Positions 10,753-23,362 of a stretch of 64,000 bases of DNA are shown in pieces. The DNA is taken from the NCBI GenBank assembly GCA_030248215.1, contig JASANG010003984.1, positions 124,001 through 188,000 on the forward strand, given 5' to 3'. Made by a program: the position numbers and the translations under genes. The notes beneath the pieces were generated by a model. The model was not told where the DNA came from. It searched no databases and saw nothing but the letters and a program-made list of their open reading frames with translations. This DNA is from Enoplolaimus lenunculus. Taxonomy: Eukaryota. Each line of letters opens with the position of its first letter. The stretch's first letter is position 1.

Positions 10753-11855
10753 AGTGCCCCTAACCGGGCCATAGAAAAAGATTTGTTTTGAAAATATATT
10801 TGATGTGTAACGTGTAAAGTTTAGAAACAAGGGACTCGAACAAATTTTGAAAGTTAAATTCACGTACTACCTTTTTTCACAAAAATCGGGCTTATTTTCT
10901 AGGACAGCATATTTCAGATTGCCAAAAAAGTTTTGGCGGTCACAAGCAAGCTGTGATGTGTCACACAGAAACATATTCACAGCTTTGTTTGATAGTTTCG
11001 TAATTTTCTGAATTACCCGTTATCGCAAAAAATGACTCAGGGGATAGACGCTTTGAACATGCGCTGTGGAGATGTGATTTTCATCTTATTCAAACACCAT
11101 GAAACAAATGTTTACCTATTTACTACTACTGGCACTAATAAGTGCCATTTTTCACGGCACAAATTTCTAACCCTGTGTGGATTTTATACAAAAACGATAA
11201 TTTACAAACATAGATGGCAGTATGAAGCTTTATAACCAACTTTAGTTTTATCGAAATCTTAACCTTTGTTTTTGAGTGGCCCATTGTTCATAGCACAGTA
11301 TAATGCGACGTCAGCCTTCGTCTCCAACATAAAATCGACCTCTCCGACTAAGGCAAATTTTGGTTCAACTCTGACTCCGGTATTTTAACCTACGGCTGCT
11401 TCCTGGTTCATGCTATAAACGAATGCTAAATTACGCAAAATTATAAACGAATATATAAAGTTTCAGAAAATATTGCACTTTGCCAGTACAATTCAGGTAC
11501 GCAGACTTCTCAAGGGTTCTTCAAAATTTTATCATGAAATAAAGCGATTACAAAATTTGTCAAATTTCTTTTTAACCGAAGGAAAACATCAAATATAATA
11601 CTGTTTGATTTATGGCCGCCCAAAGCTGTGAATATGTTTCTGTGTGACACATCACAGCTTGCTTGTGACCGCCAAAACTTTTTTGGCAATCTGAAATATG
11701 CTGTCCTAGAAAATAAGCCCGATTTTTGTGAAAAAAGGTAGTACGTGAATTTAACTTTCAAAATTTGTTCGAGTCTCTTGTTTCTAAACTTTACACGTTA
11801 CACATCAAATATATTTTCAAAACATATCTTTTTCTATGGCCCGGTTAGGGGCACT
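10753..11855. mobile_element. Kolobok-like non-autonomous foldback element
   Basis: ~235-bp near-perfect TIRs (10753-10987 and 11621-11855), AG..CT termini flanked by TTAA on both sides. Confidence 0.85.
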
Positions 11856-12512
11856 TTAACAACTTGTACACTTTATGGTTGCATTTCAAAAATATTACAA
11901 AATTGCGAAACAAACAATTGTTGCAAGAAACGTTTTTAAACTGAAATATTATTAGTAAGATTATGTAACAAGTGGTAGCTTAGTCTATCATCCTAGACCT
12001 ATTAGTACGCAGGGTGTCAGGTAATGCAGAGTTGACAACAATACCCGGGTACGACTTGTCCTGAGGTTAACGAGTGACAATTTTAAAAATTGTCGCTCGC
12101 TAACCCGACCTCAACACAAGTTTTTGATATAACCCACCCTTTTCATCATTATCATAGATTTGTGGTTTTGAACAATGTCGCAGACATCCAAAACACAAAC
12201 ACACACTAGACACGAACTCCGTGTGTGTGTGCGTGAACTAGAAAATTTTCAACCTTGCTTGTAAAAGTCAATGAAAACCCTTGTATGCCCCTCCTGAAAA
12301 ACTTTTAGCCCCACCCCCAGCAATGTGAACTCTCTACGGGCATGTAATAAATAACATAACAGTCAGTGTATTATTGTGACCCCTGCATCCTATATCGATT
12401 TTTTGTTCAAATTTGGCAATTCCTTATGACGGTCAACAAGAGAAAAACTAAAACAAACCAGACGGGGGTATTTAATTTCAACGTGTTCCCCTCCCACAGC
12501 CATATGGCTCAC

Positions 12513-12661
12513 TTGTTGGCAGAATCTCCAGCTTGATAGTATTCCGTTTTTGGTCTTCCAATTTGTAAAAATAGTCGTGGTCCACTTTGACGGACGTAGG
12601 ATACCGCGGACGCTTGATCGGTTACTTCTTCACCGTTGACAGCCAAAATGCGATCGCCAAT
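12513..12661 (-). CDS. mpz-1: Multi-PDZ protein exon
   Basis: IGDRILAVNGEEVTDQASAVSYVRQSGPRLFLQIGRP..ANK. Donor GTGAGC in phase 2 matches the last exon. Confidence 0.9.
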
Positions 12662-13005
12662 CTAAAATGCAACCATAATAATCAGAGTTGCGTACAGGGG
12701 GGCGTTCAGTTTGTGCCCTGGATCCCCTATTTTCGTATTAAGTAAGAAATAGTCGTTAAATGTAAAACTAAAAAATGTCTCGAGTCAGATAACACTTAGT
12801 CAGGCGTATGGATCAGAGTATAATGATTGTGCTTCGTTGATCACAACATCTGAAAAGCCTACATTGTTCCTATATCCTCGCACGTACAGTAAATTAACAG
12901 TAACGTCATACAAAAACAAATATAATAGAATAAAAGTTAAAATAAAAAATCATTAAAACAAGTTAAATCTACAAACAAACTGTTCGTTTTGTGAACATCA
13001 CTTAC

Positions 13006-13104
13006 CTTCAAATACTTCATTGCTGGACAATTTTCTTGTAGACTAGTGACCAGCACACCGCGACTTCGAATACCAACGCCCATTCCAAGCGGTTTTCCGT
13101 CGAT
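13006..13104 (-). CDS. mpz-1: Multi-PDZ protein exon
   Basis: IDGKPLGMGVGIRSRGVLVTSLQENCPAMKYLK. TTTCAG acceptor, GTAAGT donor. Confidence 0.9.
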
Positions 13105-13203
13105 CTGAAACAAAACACCGTCGACATAGAGCTATTATCGTTCACTAAAGAAGCTACAATTTCCAAACAATAATTGAGCTCAAGATTTTGAACTCACTTC
13201 ACA

Positions 13204-13359
13204 CACTGTAAACAAAAAATGGTTAGGCAAATTGACTCTGTCCGAAATAGGCTTTTCCTGACTACACAAACTGAGCCAAAATTTGACTCGGCCTGCTGTC
13301 AAATTTGACTCAATTTGACTCTGGCGGAGTCGAATTTTGACTCATCATTTTTTGCAGTG
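13204..13359. mobile_element. MITE family 1 copy (internally deleted)
   Basis: CACTG..CAGTG ends with family 1 internal sequence. Confidence 0.8.
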
Positions 13360-13580
13360 CAGTATTCATCAATCAGCGGCGTACACTATTTAAAGGCTAA
13401 ATTAAGTAAAACAGATCGAAATGATCCCAAAATAGCATAAATTGTCATTCTACAAATTGCATAGTATGTATTAGTAAGTAAGAAACAAGGACAGTTTTAT
13501 CCATATGGTAATACACTTAAAACAACGGAATTATCAATTATGACGCCACTACTCTTAATATACACCAAACTATCATTTAC

Positions 13581-14375
13581 CTTTTCAAGCTCCACCAACA
13601 GCGTATCGCTTCCGTCTTCCGACAACGCTGGTATAATCGCAATTTGATTGGTCAAATCACGATTGCTACCAGCAGCTTCGGTTGTCGGCAGCGTTTGATT
13701 CTCGTCTGGACTTTGTCCATGTTCTGTAATCTTTGATTCTTGTCCTCCAGACGGATCGGTTGAAGTCTGAAGCAACGAAAAATGAACGATTGACGCGTCT
13801 GAAGACGGTGGCGACGGTGATTGCACGGTCATTATTGGAGGCGGTGAGTTCAATTGATGACTAGCAGTTGTAGTATCGGTAGTTGTAGTTGTCATGGCAA
13901 CAGTGTGAGATGGCGTATCTATGGAAATCGATGGTCGATCTTCGTCGTCGCGAGCTGGTTGCGATGACGTCATTTGAGAATGAAGTGAATTTGATTGGTT
14001 GGTAGTATCTAGAGTTTGAGGGGGCGATTTGGCAGCGGAAACTTGGGGTTTACCCGGTGAAGGCGTTTGGATGGGGGCGCCTTGGGTTTTAGCCGATTGA
14101 GATGACTGGTTTGAGCTTTGTAGTATATCTGACGTTGATTTCAGCGATGGGGACGTCCTTGAGTCAGACAGTTCAGAAGTTTTCGAGGGAGTCTCGTTAG
14201 CGACCGCATCGGATTGCCGCGTCGGGCTACTGTGTGTGGCGTGCGATGGCGGTGATAGCACTGGGGCCGATTGATTTTTGTGCCCGTCGTGTACGGACCG
14301 GCCTGAGGCAGGTGATATGCCGCCACCCGCTGACGTAGCACCAGATGACGAGCGGCCGTCTTTGATAACGCCAGC
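13581..14375 (-). CDS. mpz-1: Multi-PDZ protein exon (long S/P/T-rich disordered linker)
   Basis: 795-nt open exon, in frame with track ORF 13497-14261, ending DTLLVELEK|GTAAAT. Confidence 0.88.
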
Positions 14376-14683
14376 CTAAAAATTATAAAATTCATAGCAT
14401 TAGCAGCAGATAATCTAAAATTTTCTTAAATTCCACGTATCCTGCATTCCGCGGAAAGATCATAATTCAAAAATTACCCCAAGTCCGGTGTTGAGAAGAG
14501 GGTGGTAATCATTCGAGAAGGCATAGCATCAGTCTCAATCACTTATGAGATTTAAATACAGGCATAACATGATCTATCCATATTAGGTCTCAAAATAATA
14601 GCTGGTGATAAATACTGCAAGTGTCCAGCAAGTTCAAATTGACGTGCACACGACTTTGCAAACCTTGTGGTTATCCATGACTA

Positions 14684-14932
14684 CACAGTAAATTCCGATG
14701 AGTTGATTAATCAACCTCAGAGGGAAAATTGGTTATTTCTGGCTATTTCTGAGTTAATAACAGTAAACATTACCTGGCTCTGAGCTGATTTAATTCGCGG
14801 TTATTTGATTAATCAACTCAGAATGAGTTCAATCAATTCAGGATTCTGAGTTCTAAAAAACCTAATTCAGGAGCCAGACCTCCGAGTGGATTCCACTCAC
14901 GAGTTAAAATCAACTCACTGAAATTTACAGTG
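14684..14932. mobile_element. MITE family 2 copy
   Basis: Similar to 7621-7876, TA flanks. Confidence 0.78.
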
Positions 14933-15019
14933 TAGGGTCGTTCAGTTTAGGTAGGAGCAACACGTTAATATTAATAAAATTTTATTAAATAAGAGATACA
15001 ACAACCAATCCGCGCTTAC

Positions 15020-15085
15020 CTTGGCACCGGTTGATGATGTTAGCTTGAGCCTTCCAACGCGAAGTATAACCTTTCCCAAACAAGT
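15020..15085 (-). CDS. mpz-1: Multi-PDZ protein exon
   Basis: TCLGKVILRVGRLKLTSSTGAK. TTTTAG acceptor, GTAAGC donor. Confidence 0.9.
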
Positions 15086-16141
15086 CTAAAATAGTTCAAT
15101 TTGTTATATATACTTATACATACATATATATACATATTTATGTCACGGGGCAGGGGCCAGACGGTGCCGGAGCCAGGGCTATACGGTACCATGGAGAAAA
15201 CCACAAAAACATTCACCTATCAGCTCGAAGAAGCAGAAGGGTGACAGCAAGTTTATAAATATTGGAATGGTAACTGAACAGCTTGCTTATATGGCAAATA
15301 ACGAATGCATTAGCAGTAACTTTGCAACATCGGAGTATAAACCAAATGTCTCGTGATGCGATATGATAAAAATGGAACCGTACACTCAGGTACATGCTTA
15401 CGCAAAAGGTACATAAAATTTTAAGTTTAGTGCATTTTTCTGGGTCTGGCCTCGGCCCCGGGTAAAATCTTGACCCCCGGACATCTCTAATAAATAATGC
15501 GAATAAAATTCATACAACATAGTTGTTTGTATACAATTTTAGGTTCGGCACTCTAAAGTGTCATCATGGAATATTCACATAACAATGCTTACACTAATGT
15601 AGAATGCTACCTGGCGTCAGTGGGCTATAGCTAAGACAAATAACCTCTTAGCTCAATAGCACAACAATCATGGGGGGAGTATGCACTTAAGCGCCTAAGA
15701 TTTCTTTGTGCCGAATACTTTTTGTCAGTAGGGTTAATAGAATTTCGAGATGTACTTCAACTTTTGAGAGTGTGAATTTTAAAAAGTCTAAGAGTCTTCC
15801 AAATGCTGTGATAAGGTTTACGGTTGAAAAGTACAGGAACTGTGGCTGTTGTAAACGTTCCTCACGTTTAACGTTAGGCAAACGCTTCTGTTTAGGCATA
15901 GGACAGCCTTTTTCTGAGCCTACGCCTAAACAGAAGTCAAAATCGTAAATGTGGGGAAGGTGGTCAAGTGCCGCAAATATCCATGTTTATCAAGGTGCAA
16001 CCGGATACTAAAACCCAAAAAATGCCGGAGCCGGATAATCTAATCACGAGCCGGATATCCGGTCGCACCTTGAACTATTTGTTAGTATTGTTTTCAAGAG
16101 CAGGGATCCGAAACCAAAAAAAAAGGTATAAAATGGCTTAC

Positions 16142-16258
16142 CTTGAGCAAAGTTGCCGCTTGTTCCTGCATAGCGTTAGTTAAGTCTTGTCCGTTTACAG
16201 TTAGTATTTGATCACCTTGCATTAGGCGACCATCTGCGTCCGCTACGCCGCCTTTGAC
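16142..16258 (-). CDS. mpz-1: Multi-PDZ protein exon
   Basis: [39 protein letters not shown]. Confidence 0.94.
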
Positions 16259-16293
16259 CTGAAATTCATAAGTTTACAAAATTTATTACTCAA

Positions 16294-16366
16294 TGTTGGA
16301 ACCGGGAATCGAACCTCGGAACTCTTGCTCTCGAGTCAAGCACGCTACCACTACACCATATGGTCA
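16294..16366 (-). pseudogene. tRNA-derived sequence (SINE head or tRNA pseudogene)
   Basis: Minus strand has A box TGGTGTAGTGG and B box GGTTCGATTCC at tRNA spacing, with an imperfect anticodon arm (CGA). The acceptor stem does not pair. Confidence 0.7.
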
Positions 16367-17177
16367 TTTGCAACAACTTCGTATTCCGGTGTAAGTGCAC
16401 ATGCACTGCAATCTATGCTTTGCATACACATATACCGACACTCAAGACCGAATTAAATAACTTTGTCGCATTGTATTTACTTTAATGACGACATTCTCAA
16501 GTGACATCATATATTCATTTTCGGCAAAAAATTGTTGACATCCGGTTCCGGTATTTTTAAGGATCGCTGCCGCATGACGTTACTCGCTTTTAGAAATCTT
16601 ACAAGACAAAAAACACTGTTACCGATATACATATATTGAAATAAATACCGTTTATTTCCATACATCTCATATAGTCATTTAATAACCAACACTCATTTTT
16701 CTATCCTGGGGCAGGTATTTATTTATGTCGGTTCTGTTATGAATTTCACAGTGCAAAGCTTGCTTATAGATATTTATGAAATTTAGTTTATTAGCGAAAT
16801 AATGTTCTATCCAGTCCTGTAGTCAGGTCAAAACTTCATAAGGGGAGCATACAAGGGTTTCTGATGATTTACAAGTAAGGTTGAACATTTTCTAGGGGGG
16901 AAGGTCAAATTCTTCCACGGGGGTGTCTGAGCACCCCTGCGCCCGCCTTTATCTACGGGCCCGATACTGCCAAAATCTGTCCAAATGACTTACAATATTA
17001 CTAATAATTCTACAATAAACATGCAAATACACCTGCTCATACGGTACGTATCAAATCTAACAGTTGTCGGTTTAAACAAGTTGCCGCCGGATCGATATTT
17101 TATCATCGCAACACAATTTGTTTCGACATTAAGTCTAAACCTAAGCCTAAGCCTAAAACCGTCATTATTAAACTCAC

Positions 17178-17264
17178 CACTTCTGATATAAAAACGCCTG
17201 GTTGAGTCTTACGGCCAACAATGCTCAGCCCGAGGCCTTTGCCTTGTTTCTTGATGAGTTCGAC
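17178..17264 (-). CDS. mpz-1: Multi-PDZ protein exon (PDZ11-equivalent)
   Basis: [29 protein letters not shown]. Canonical sites. Confidence 0.94.
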
Positions 17265-17548
17265 CTGAAAACAAACCAAAACCGCTGCATATATGAATCA
17301 GGCTATATGTTAACGTAATGTGATATATTTAATTAATTCTTGCAACAATTCTAAACGCTGTTATTGTTATTTTTTCCAAAACACGCTAACATAACCAAAG
17401 TACCTAAATCAGCAACTAATAATTATTGTTTTGTTTTGTGGTTCGGAACAGATCGGGGTTTCCATCCAAGTAAACACTGGTCATGGCAAAGTTATTCACT
17501 CAAAATATGGAGTTCGTGTGTCCCCCCTTAAGATCCTAAACCACATGG

Positions 17549-17738
17549 GGCCCATGTATAAAATAGGGGCGTAACGGTATTATAAGCATATTCCTATGCC
17601 TAAGCCTAAGCCTACGCGTAAGAATGAGCATATTCCTAAGCCTAAGCCTAAGCCTAACCAAAAACTTATTCTAAACCTTAAACTGACTCTGTTACAGCCC
17701 CTCCATAAAACGATCCGGCCCTGTTCTATACATAGGCC
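17549..17738 (+). mobile_element. Telomeric-repeat MITE, subfamily B
   Basis: GGCCCATGTATA..TATACATAGGCC ends, internal GCCTAA blocks. Confidence 0.8.
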
Positions 17739-17877
17739 CCCCTTAGGATCCTAAACCACATCGACGATGAACCGGACGGACAGCGAAATAAATGTTTTCA
17801 TTTTCTCAAAGTTGAAAATTAATTTTCTTTTTTTACAATTTGTCAAATTTGAAATTTGAAATTTAAACACGACTCAC

Positions 17878-18027
17878 CTCAAAAACGTTATACATTGACG
17901 TTGGATTGAGCAGTGACAATTGAAAATCTGGATCACGATAGACCAACAGACGAACTTTGGGCGGAGTTTGACGCAACACTTGAATTGCACGCTCGTGAGG
18001 GATTTCGCGTAGCGATTCATTGTTTAC
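17878..18027 (-). CDS. mpz-1: Multi-PDZ protein exon
   Basis: VNNESLREIPHERAIQVLRQTPPKVRLLVYRDPDFQLSLLNPTSMYNVFE. TTTCAG acceptor, GTGAGT donor. Confidence 0.93.
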
Positions 18028-19125
18028 CTGAAATTAACAAAAAACATTTACATCAACGGTCGAATCGAAATAGTATTTTGAAATCATCCCAAAATCTATC
18101 AGGAGTCAGTGATTCGTCTCGACTGTGAAACCAGCATTTTGTTTTGAAAATTCGACGAGAACACAGCTGTAAATGTTGCACAATTTTTCATCTTTCCAGG
18201 ATTTTGACAGTATACACTTTTGCATATCGCCGTGTACACACATTTGGCATTTCGGTATTTTCTAATTTGTGCCCCAGTTCTATCGTGATCCTGCTCGTAG
18301 ACCCATTTCAAAATTTAGTCGTAAATTCTTTCGAGATTTTCCTGAAAATAGAGCCAAAACTAGGTCAACGAACCATATTCTGAAACGCCTATGGCACATA
18401 TCGCCAGTTAGCCAATCGGTGTTGTTAGTTTTGAACCAGTTAAAGGTGAGGTTCAAAATTCAGCACATTTTTCGCATTTGATTTGCTCGTCTTCAGCTCC
18501 AATTTTAAGATGACTCGCAGCTAAAGAGTTCGTAATTTTGGAAACGTATCGCTAACTTGTGACCGGTGCTCTCTAGCGGATCCAAAGAAGGAGGAGAGGG
18601 GATGCGTATGCCCCCCGTCAGAATGTTTTTGTGATAAAATGGTATGGTTCCTATCTTTCAAATTTCCCCTTCAGAATATTTTTCTGCAAAAAATATAATT
18701 TTTTTCCTCAAAAAGTTTATTGTGATGAAATGCTAAGGTCAATATACCTTACAATTTTTCCCCCTAAGAATAGTTTTTTGGTGATAAAATAGCAAAGACT
18801 TTTGCGTTTCATAACATTTGCCAGCCCGCCTCCCGTCATAAGTTTTTCGAACCGCTTCTGCTTTATACAATTCAGAATATAGTCCAAGATGGAATTCTAG
18901 GCCCACATTCTCAAATGTGTATAGCAACTATCATCAGTTAGTAACACGTTTTAAAACTCACTAAATATTGCCATTGATGAACTCAAAATTGGTACACGAG
19001 CAGAGCAAATCATATGCAAAAATGTACTGAATTTTGAGCGCCAGCATTCACTGGTTCGAAAGTTACAAAACCTATCACCAACTGATAAATAGGTGCGACA
19101 CACATTTGAGAATACGTGCCCTTAC

Positions 19126-19250
19126 CTCAATGACTTGATCGCCAGGTTGAAGTCGACCATCTTTCGCTGCCGCGCCATCCGGATATATTTCGTGAATTGC
19201 AACCGCACCGAGTAGAGTATCACAGCCGCCAACAATACTCAAACCCAAAC
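19126..19250 (-). CDS. mpz-1: Multi-PDZ protein exon (PDZ10-equivalent)
   Basis: [42 protein letters not shown]. Confidence 0.95.
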
Positions 19251-19997
19251 CTGAAACCAAAAAAACAAACACAGGCATAGATGAATTATAGGTCAGTCTA
19301 ACAAGGGTGTCTTTAAAATTTTTTAACTTTTTAACCGAATCGGTTTGTAACTTCTGCTTTTTGTAATTAGTTAAGATCAGGCTTGAACATATTAATTAAT
19401 TGTTTTAAACTATTATTCAGTTAAATCAGGCCACTAATGTCAATTTTGAGCTCTGCAAAAATCAACTCGGTTCAAAAAAGTCATTTAGGTTTGATATGAT
19501 TACCTGTTTAATACATTTTAGTGCACAAACAACAAAATTTTGGCTGAGGTACGGAATATGGAACCTCCTAAAAATTCAATGACAAGGCGGTTTATTTTTT
19601 GATCTCGATCGACGCGTTGATGTCAGCGGCACCAGTTTTGACCCCGAAACCAATTAGATTTCATTGTTTAGACAGACGCAATACCGTTAGCAAATCAGCG
19701 TTGGTTCGGCATCATTGTTGTTTTTCTGAATTGCATAATCACTATTTGGCCAGACAACCTGCTATGCTCATAACAGAAGATTCGTCTAAGTCAATTGGCA
19801 ATTGGCTCGAATAGCAAATTGGCCTAAGCCAAATGGTAATCGGTCTGAATAGCAGATTGGTCTACGACTTATATACTAGTGCCAAATTAAAGGCCGCAAG
19901 AATATTAGCCTAGGAAAGACAAATGGTAATTGACTTGAATAGCAGATTGGCCTACGACATAAAACATAATAGTGCTAAATGAAGACTGGAAACGTAC

Positions 19998-20105
19998 CTT
20001 TACCACCTTTATCAATTTCTATGAGCGTTTCAGTACCCGGTTGTATTGGACCATGCGCTAAATTGTGTGCCGTGCTTGAATTCGCTGACATTTTACGATT
20101 CGAAT
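19998..20105 (-). CDS. mpz-1: Multi-PDZ protein exon
   Basis: PIQPGTETLIEIDKGGKG resembles MPDZ PIIPGCETTIEISKG. TTTCAG acceptor, GTACGT donor. Confidence 0.92.
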
Positions 20106-20590
20106 CTGAAACAACACAAAACCAACAAATCAGACATTTTTTTAACAATTTTCTTTAAAGCCAATTAACCTCAGTTACATTGAAAAAATCTTTCCCATGC
20201 AAAATCCCTAATGGTTAGCACTGAACCCAGATTTAACCTTAGGAAATGAAAGCCTCCATGGATGCGGCAGCTAAGCTTCCTGGCATATTCAAATTTGACC
20301 ACTAATTATGAATTCATAATAAGGCCAACCGCAAAAAATCGTTTAGGTCAGAAGGAAAAACTTTATTTAGAAAATGGTCCACAAAAATGGCAGGGTACCA
20401 TTTACCTTCACTTTGCGTCTAAATAAAACATTTTGTATCATAGTCCATATCTGTGAATCCTCAACAATAAAATTGTGAAATATTACGTAAACGTATACAG
20501 CTGAAAGCTCGGAATATAACATCATTCACACTGTGCAAGTTTTTGCAGTTGTAACTTTTGCAATTATTTAATGCAAAATACTGTTATGTC

Positions 20591-20853
20591 TGTCTATGTT
20601 ACTTTAAGGGGCGTAAAGGTTTGTGGTGGGCCTATAAAAGAGTGCGTTCAGAGTCTAGATTACAACTTTTTGCTTAGGCTTAGGCTTAGGAACACATTTT
20701 TGCAACGCTTAGGCTTAGGCTTAGGCTTAGAAATACGCTTAATCTACTGTTGCGCCCCTAAAAGTAACATTAGGAACTCATTTTTGCAACGCTTAGGCTT
20801 AGGCTTAAAAATACGCTTAATCTACTGTTACGCCCCTAAAAGTAACATTGGCC
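20591..20853 (-). mobile_element. Telomeric-repeat MITE, subfamily A, with an internal duplication of one end
   Basis: Perfect TSD GTTATGTC. An ~80-bp segment (repeat block plus TIR) occurs twice. Confidence 0.85.
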
Positions 20854-22333
20854 GTTATGTCGATTCTTTACGATTAGACTGAACAAGAGTGCACGATAAA
20901 AAATATGCAACTCTTGGAGTTCCGCATGGTACAAAATATTCCACCAGGCGTTGCGTTTCTGGCCGATCCCCCTAATTTAGGAGGGGGCTGTTATCACATG
21001 CAACACCTGTAAATTTAACCATAAGCGGAGCATACTTGATGCCATATACATACAATGCCAGGTTCGCACAGGTTGTACCCCCTCTCTAAATAAAAGGGAT
21101 GTGGGCCAAAAACGCCACATACGCTGGGGGCATTTTTTGCTACATAGAATGTACCCAGTTGCACACTCTTGTAAAAAGAGTCATTATATCGAGTCTTGGT
21201 TTGACTGACTGGTATATAAATGTTTTAACCATATGTAAATACTACCAGCTCTCTGGTTCCCCACGTTCCGTAAACCGGAATCGGATGTAACCGTAAATCC
21301 CGGTCAAAAATAGGTCAATTTTGCCAGACCATTTCAGTGCAAAAACCGCAAACTTTACAGTTTAGCGGTATTTGAAATTTTATGAATTTCAATTTTTTCG
21401 ATTCTAACATCCTGTCACAAATAAAATGAATTCTTGGCCAAACAAAATCAAATTTGTGTACATCTTTCACAGGTTTTAGGTATAACCTGGTTAATTTTGG
21501 CCACGGCCGTAACGCTAGAGTGTAAGCATATTCCTAAGCCTAAACGTGACCTTATACCTAAGCCTAAGCCTAAGCAAAAATAATATAAACCATAAGCGTA
21601 TTCTATTGCAGTCCCGCATAAAAACATTTCCGCCACTCTCGCTCACAAAACCAGCTTTTATATTCAGCTGTGCTATTTCGTAACAAAATCCTGGTTACCG
21701 TCCTGGGTTAAAACTTGCGCTGATAAACTAATAAAACGGCCAACGTTAGTTTTACGGCCGTAACAGTAGATTAAGCGTATTCCTAAGCCTAACTCTAAGC
21801 CTAAGTGTAGCAAAAGCGTATCCCTAAGCCTAAGCCTAAGCAGAAAATGTAGTCTACAATGTAAGCTTAGTCTTTTATTGACCCACCAGAAACCTGGACG
21901 GCCCTAAAAGTAACATGGGAAAAAACTCCAATGATCATACAATAAAACGTAGTGTAAACGAAATAATCACAAACGGTAAGCTTCATCATATAAGCAGTTA
22001 ATAGTAAAACCCTTTATGGTTTCAATGATACGTGTTTTAGTTTGTGACGCTATGAAATATTTTTCTAACAAATGTTAGGCTTCGCAGCTTAAATTTTAGA
22101 TCGAGACAAAATATCACCGAGAGGGAATGCGTTTACGATACCGTAGGTGTATATCGCTATAAAATATATTTACAATATGAATTTTTTAGGCTTAGTAAAT
22201 CAAACTTTTGTTCGTTTTAGGCTTAGTAAAACTTTGTTCATAAAAACGTCGTGGATAACGGTGTTAGCTGATTTTACCTACTAGCATTTTAGAAGTTAAA
22301 CTTCAGTCTGCTACTTTGAAACACAATTTATTG

Positions 22334-23362
22334 CAGGGTTGTTTTTTCCGGAAAAAAATTATGACCGAAAAAAATGAATTTTTTCCATTTTTTTCCGGAA
22401 AAAAAATGGAAAAAAATTCATTCTTTGTCTGAGTGATCGGTTAGCCCGCCCTTAGCCGTCGTTTGCCCAAAAATGCTTGCATTTTGAAAGTTTTTGCATA
22501 TTTGAGGTTCTGATGACATTCTCTGATCATTCCATGCCCAAATGTGAATTTTTGAAAAATTCCATTTTTAAGAATACAAGTTCAGACCCCTGGGACCCAA
22601 AAAAATATTTTTTCGATAAGTTGGATAAATTCACTGACTCGTTAGACAGACGTCTGATTGGAAAATATTTAACATTATTCGTCTTAGCTCCGCAACCTGT
22701 GTCAAATGGTATATAATTTGTACAATTTTTCGACAAAAGACCTAAATTTTTTTAAAAATTTAAGTTTGGGCATGGCAGAACCGGAGCAGGTCATCGGAAC
22801 ATCACAAACTCATGAGTAGAGCGAGTTAAATCAGGCGCGCTTGTTTTTTGTAAGTATATATTAAATCCCAAGATACTTTTGGGTTCTTTCTGAAATTGAA
22901 GCCTCTCAATTGTTGCAGCCTCGCGAGCAAAGCGAGGTTGAAGCTAGACGTATTCTTGTGTGAAATCATACGGGTAAAAGCAAAGTTTCAATTTTGAGCA
23001 CCCTAACTTTGGCCCCACTGTCGATAAAACCTGGTGAGTGAACCGAACAAGTTGCATATTATGCAGTTTTACATTGAATCCCGTGGCAAAGTTTCAATTC
23101 TGAAATCCATTTATAATATTAATATGCTGCAATTTTCGCGTTTTTCGGACATATAACGTGTCCTGGTGGACATATACACACGGTCACTGTTAATGTGTTG
23201 CATGAAAATTAGTTACATGTCATCTAAAAACGTTATTTTATACCATATTTACTTGTAAATTATATTTAAGAATCGTTTAATATTTTTCTATTTTTTCCAT
23301 TTTTCCACCCCCCTCGGAAAAAATGAAAAATTTTCGGCAATTTTTTCGGGCCAACAACCCTG
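22334..23362. mobile_element. hAT-like non-autonomous element with a nested fragment
   Basis: TIR CAGGGTTGTT/AACAACCCTG, TSD ATTTATTG/ATTTATTC. A short derivative lies at ~32574-32696. Confidence 0.8.

Noticed and set aside
16294..16366. Functional tRNA-Ser(CGA)
   Set aside because: No acceptor-stem pairing, no long variable arm, and a mismatched anticodon stem.
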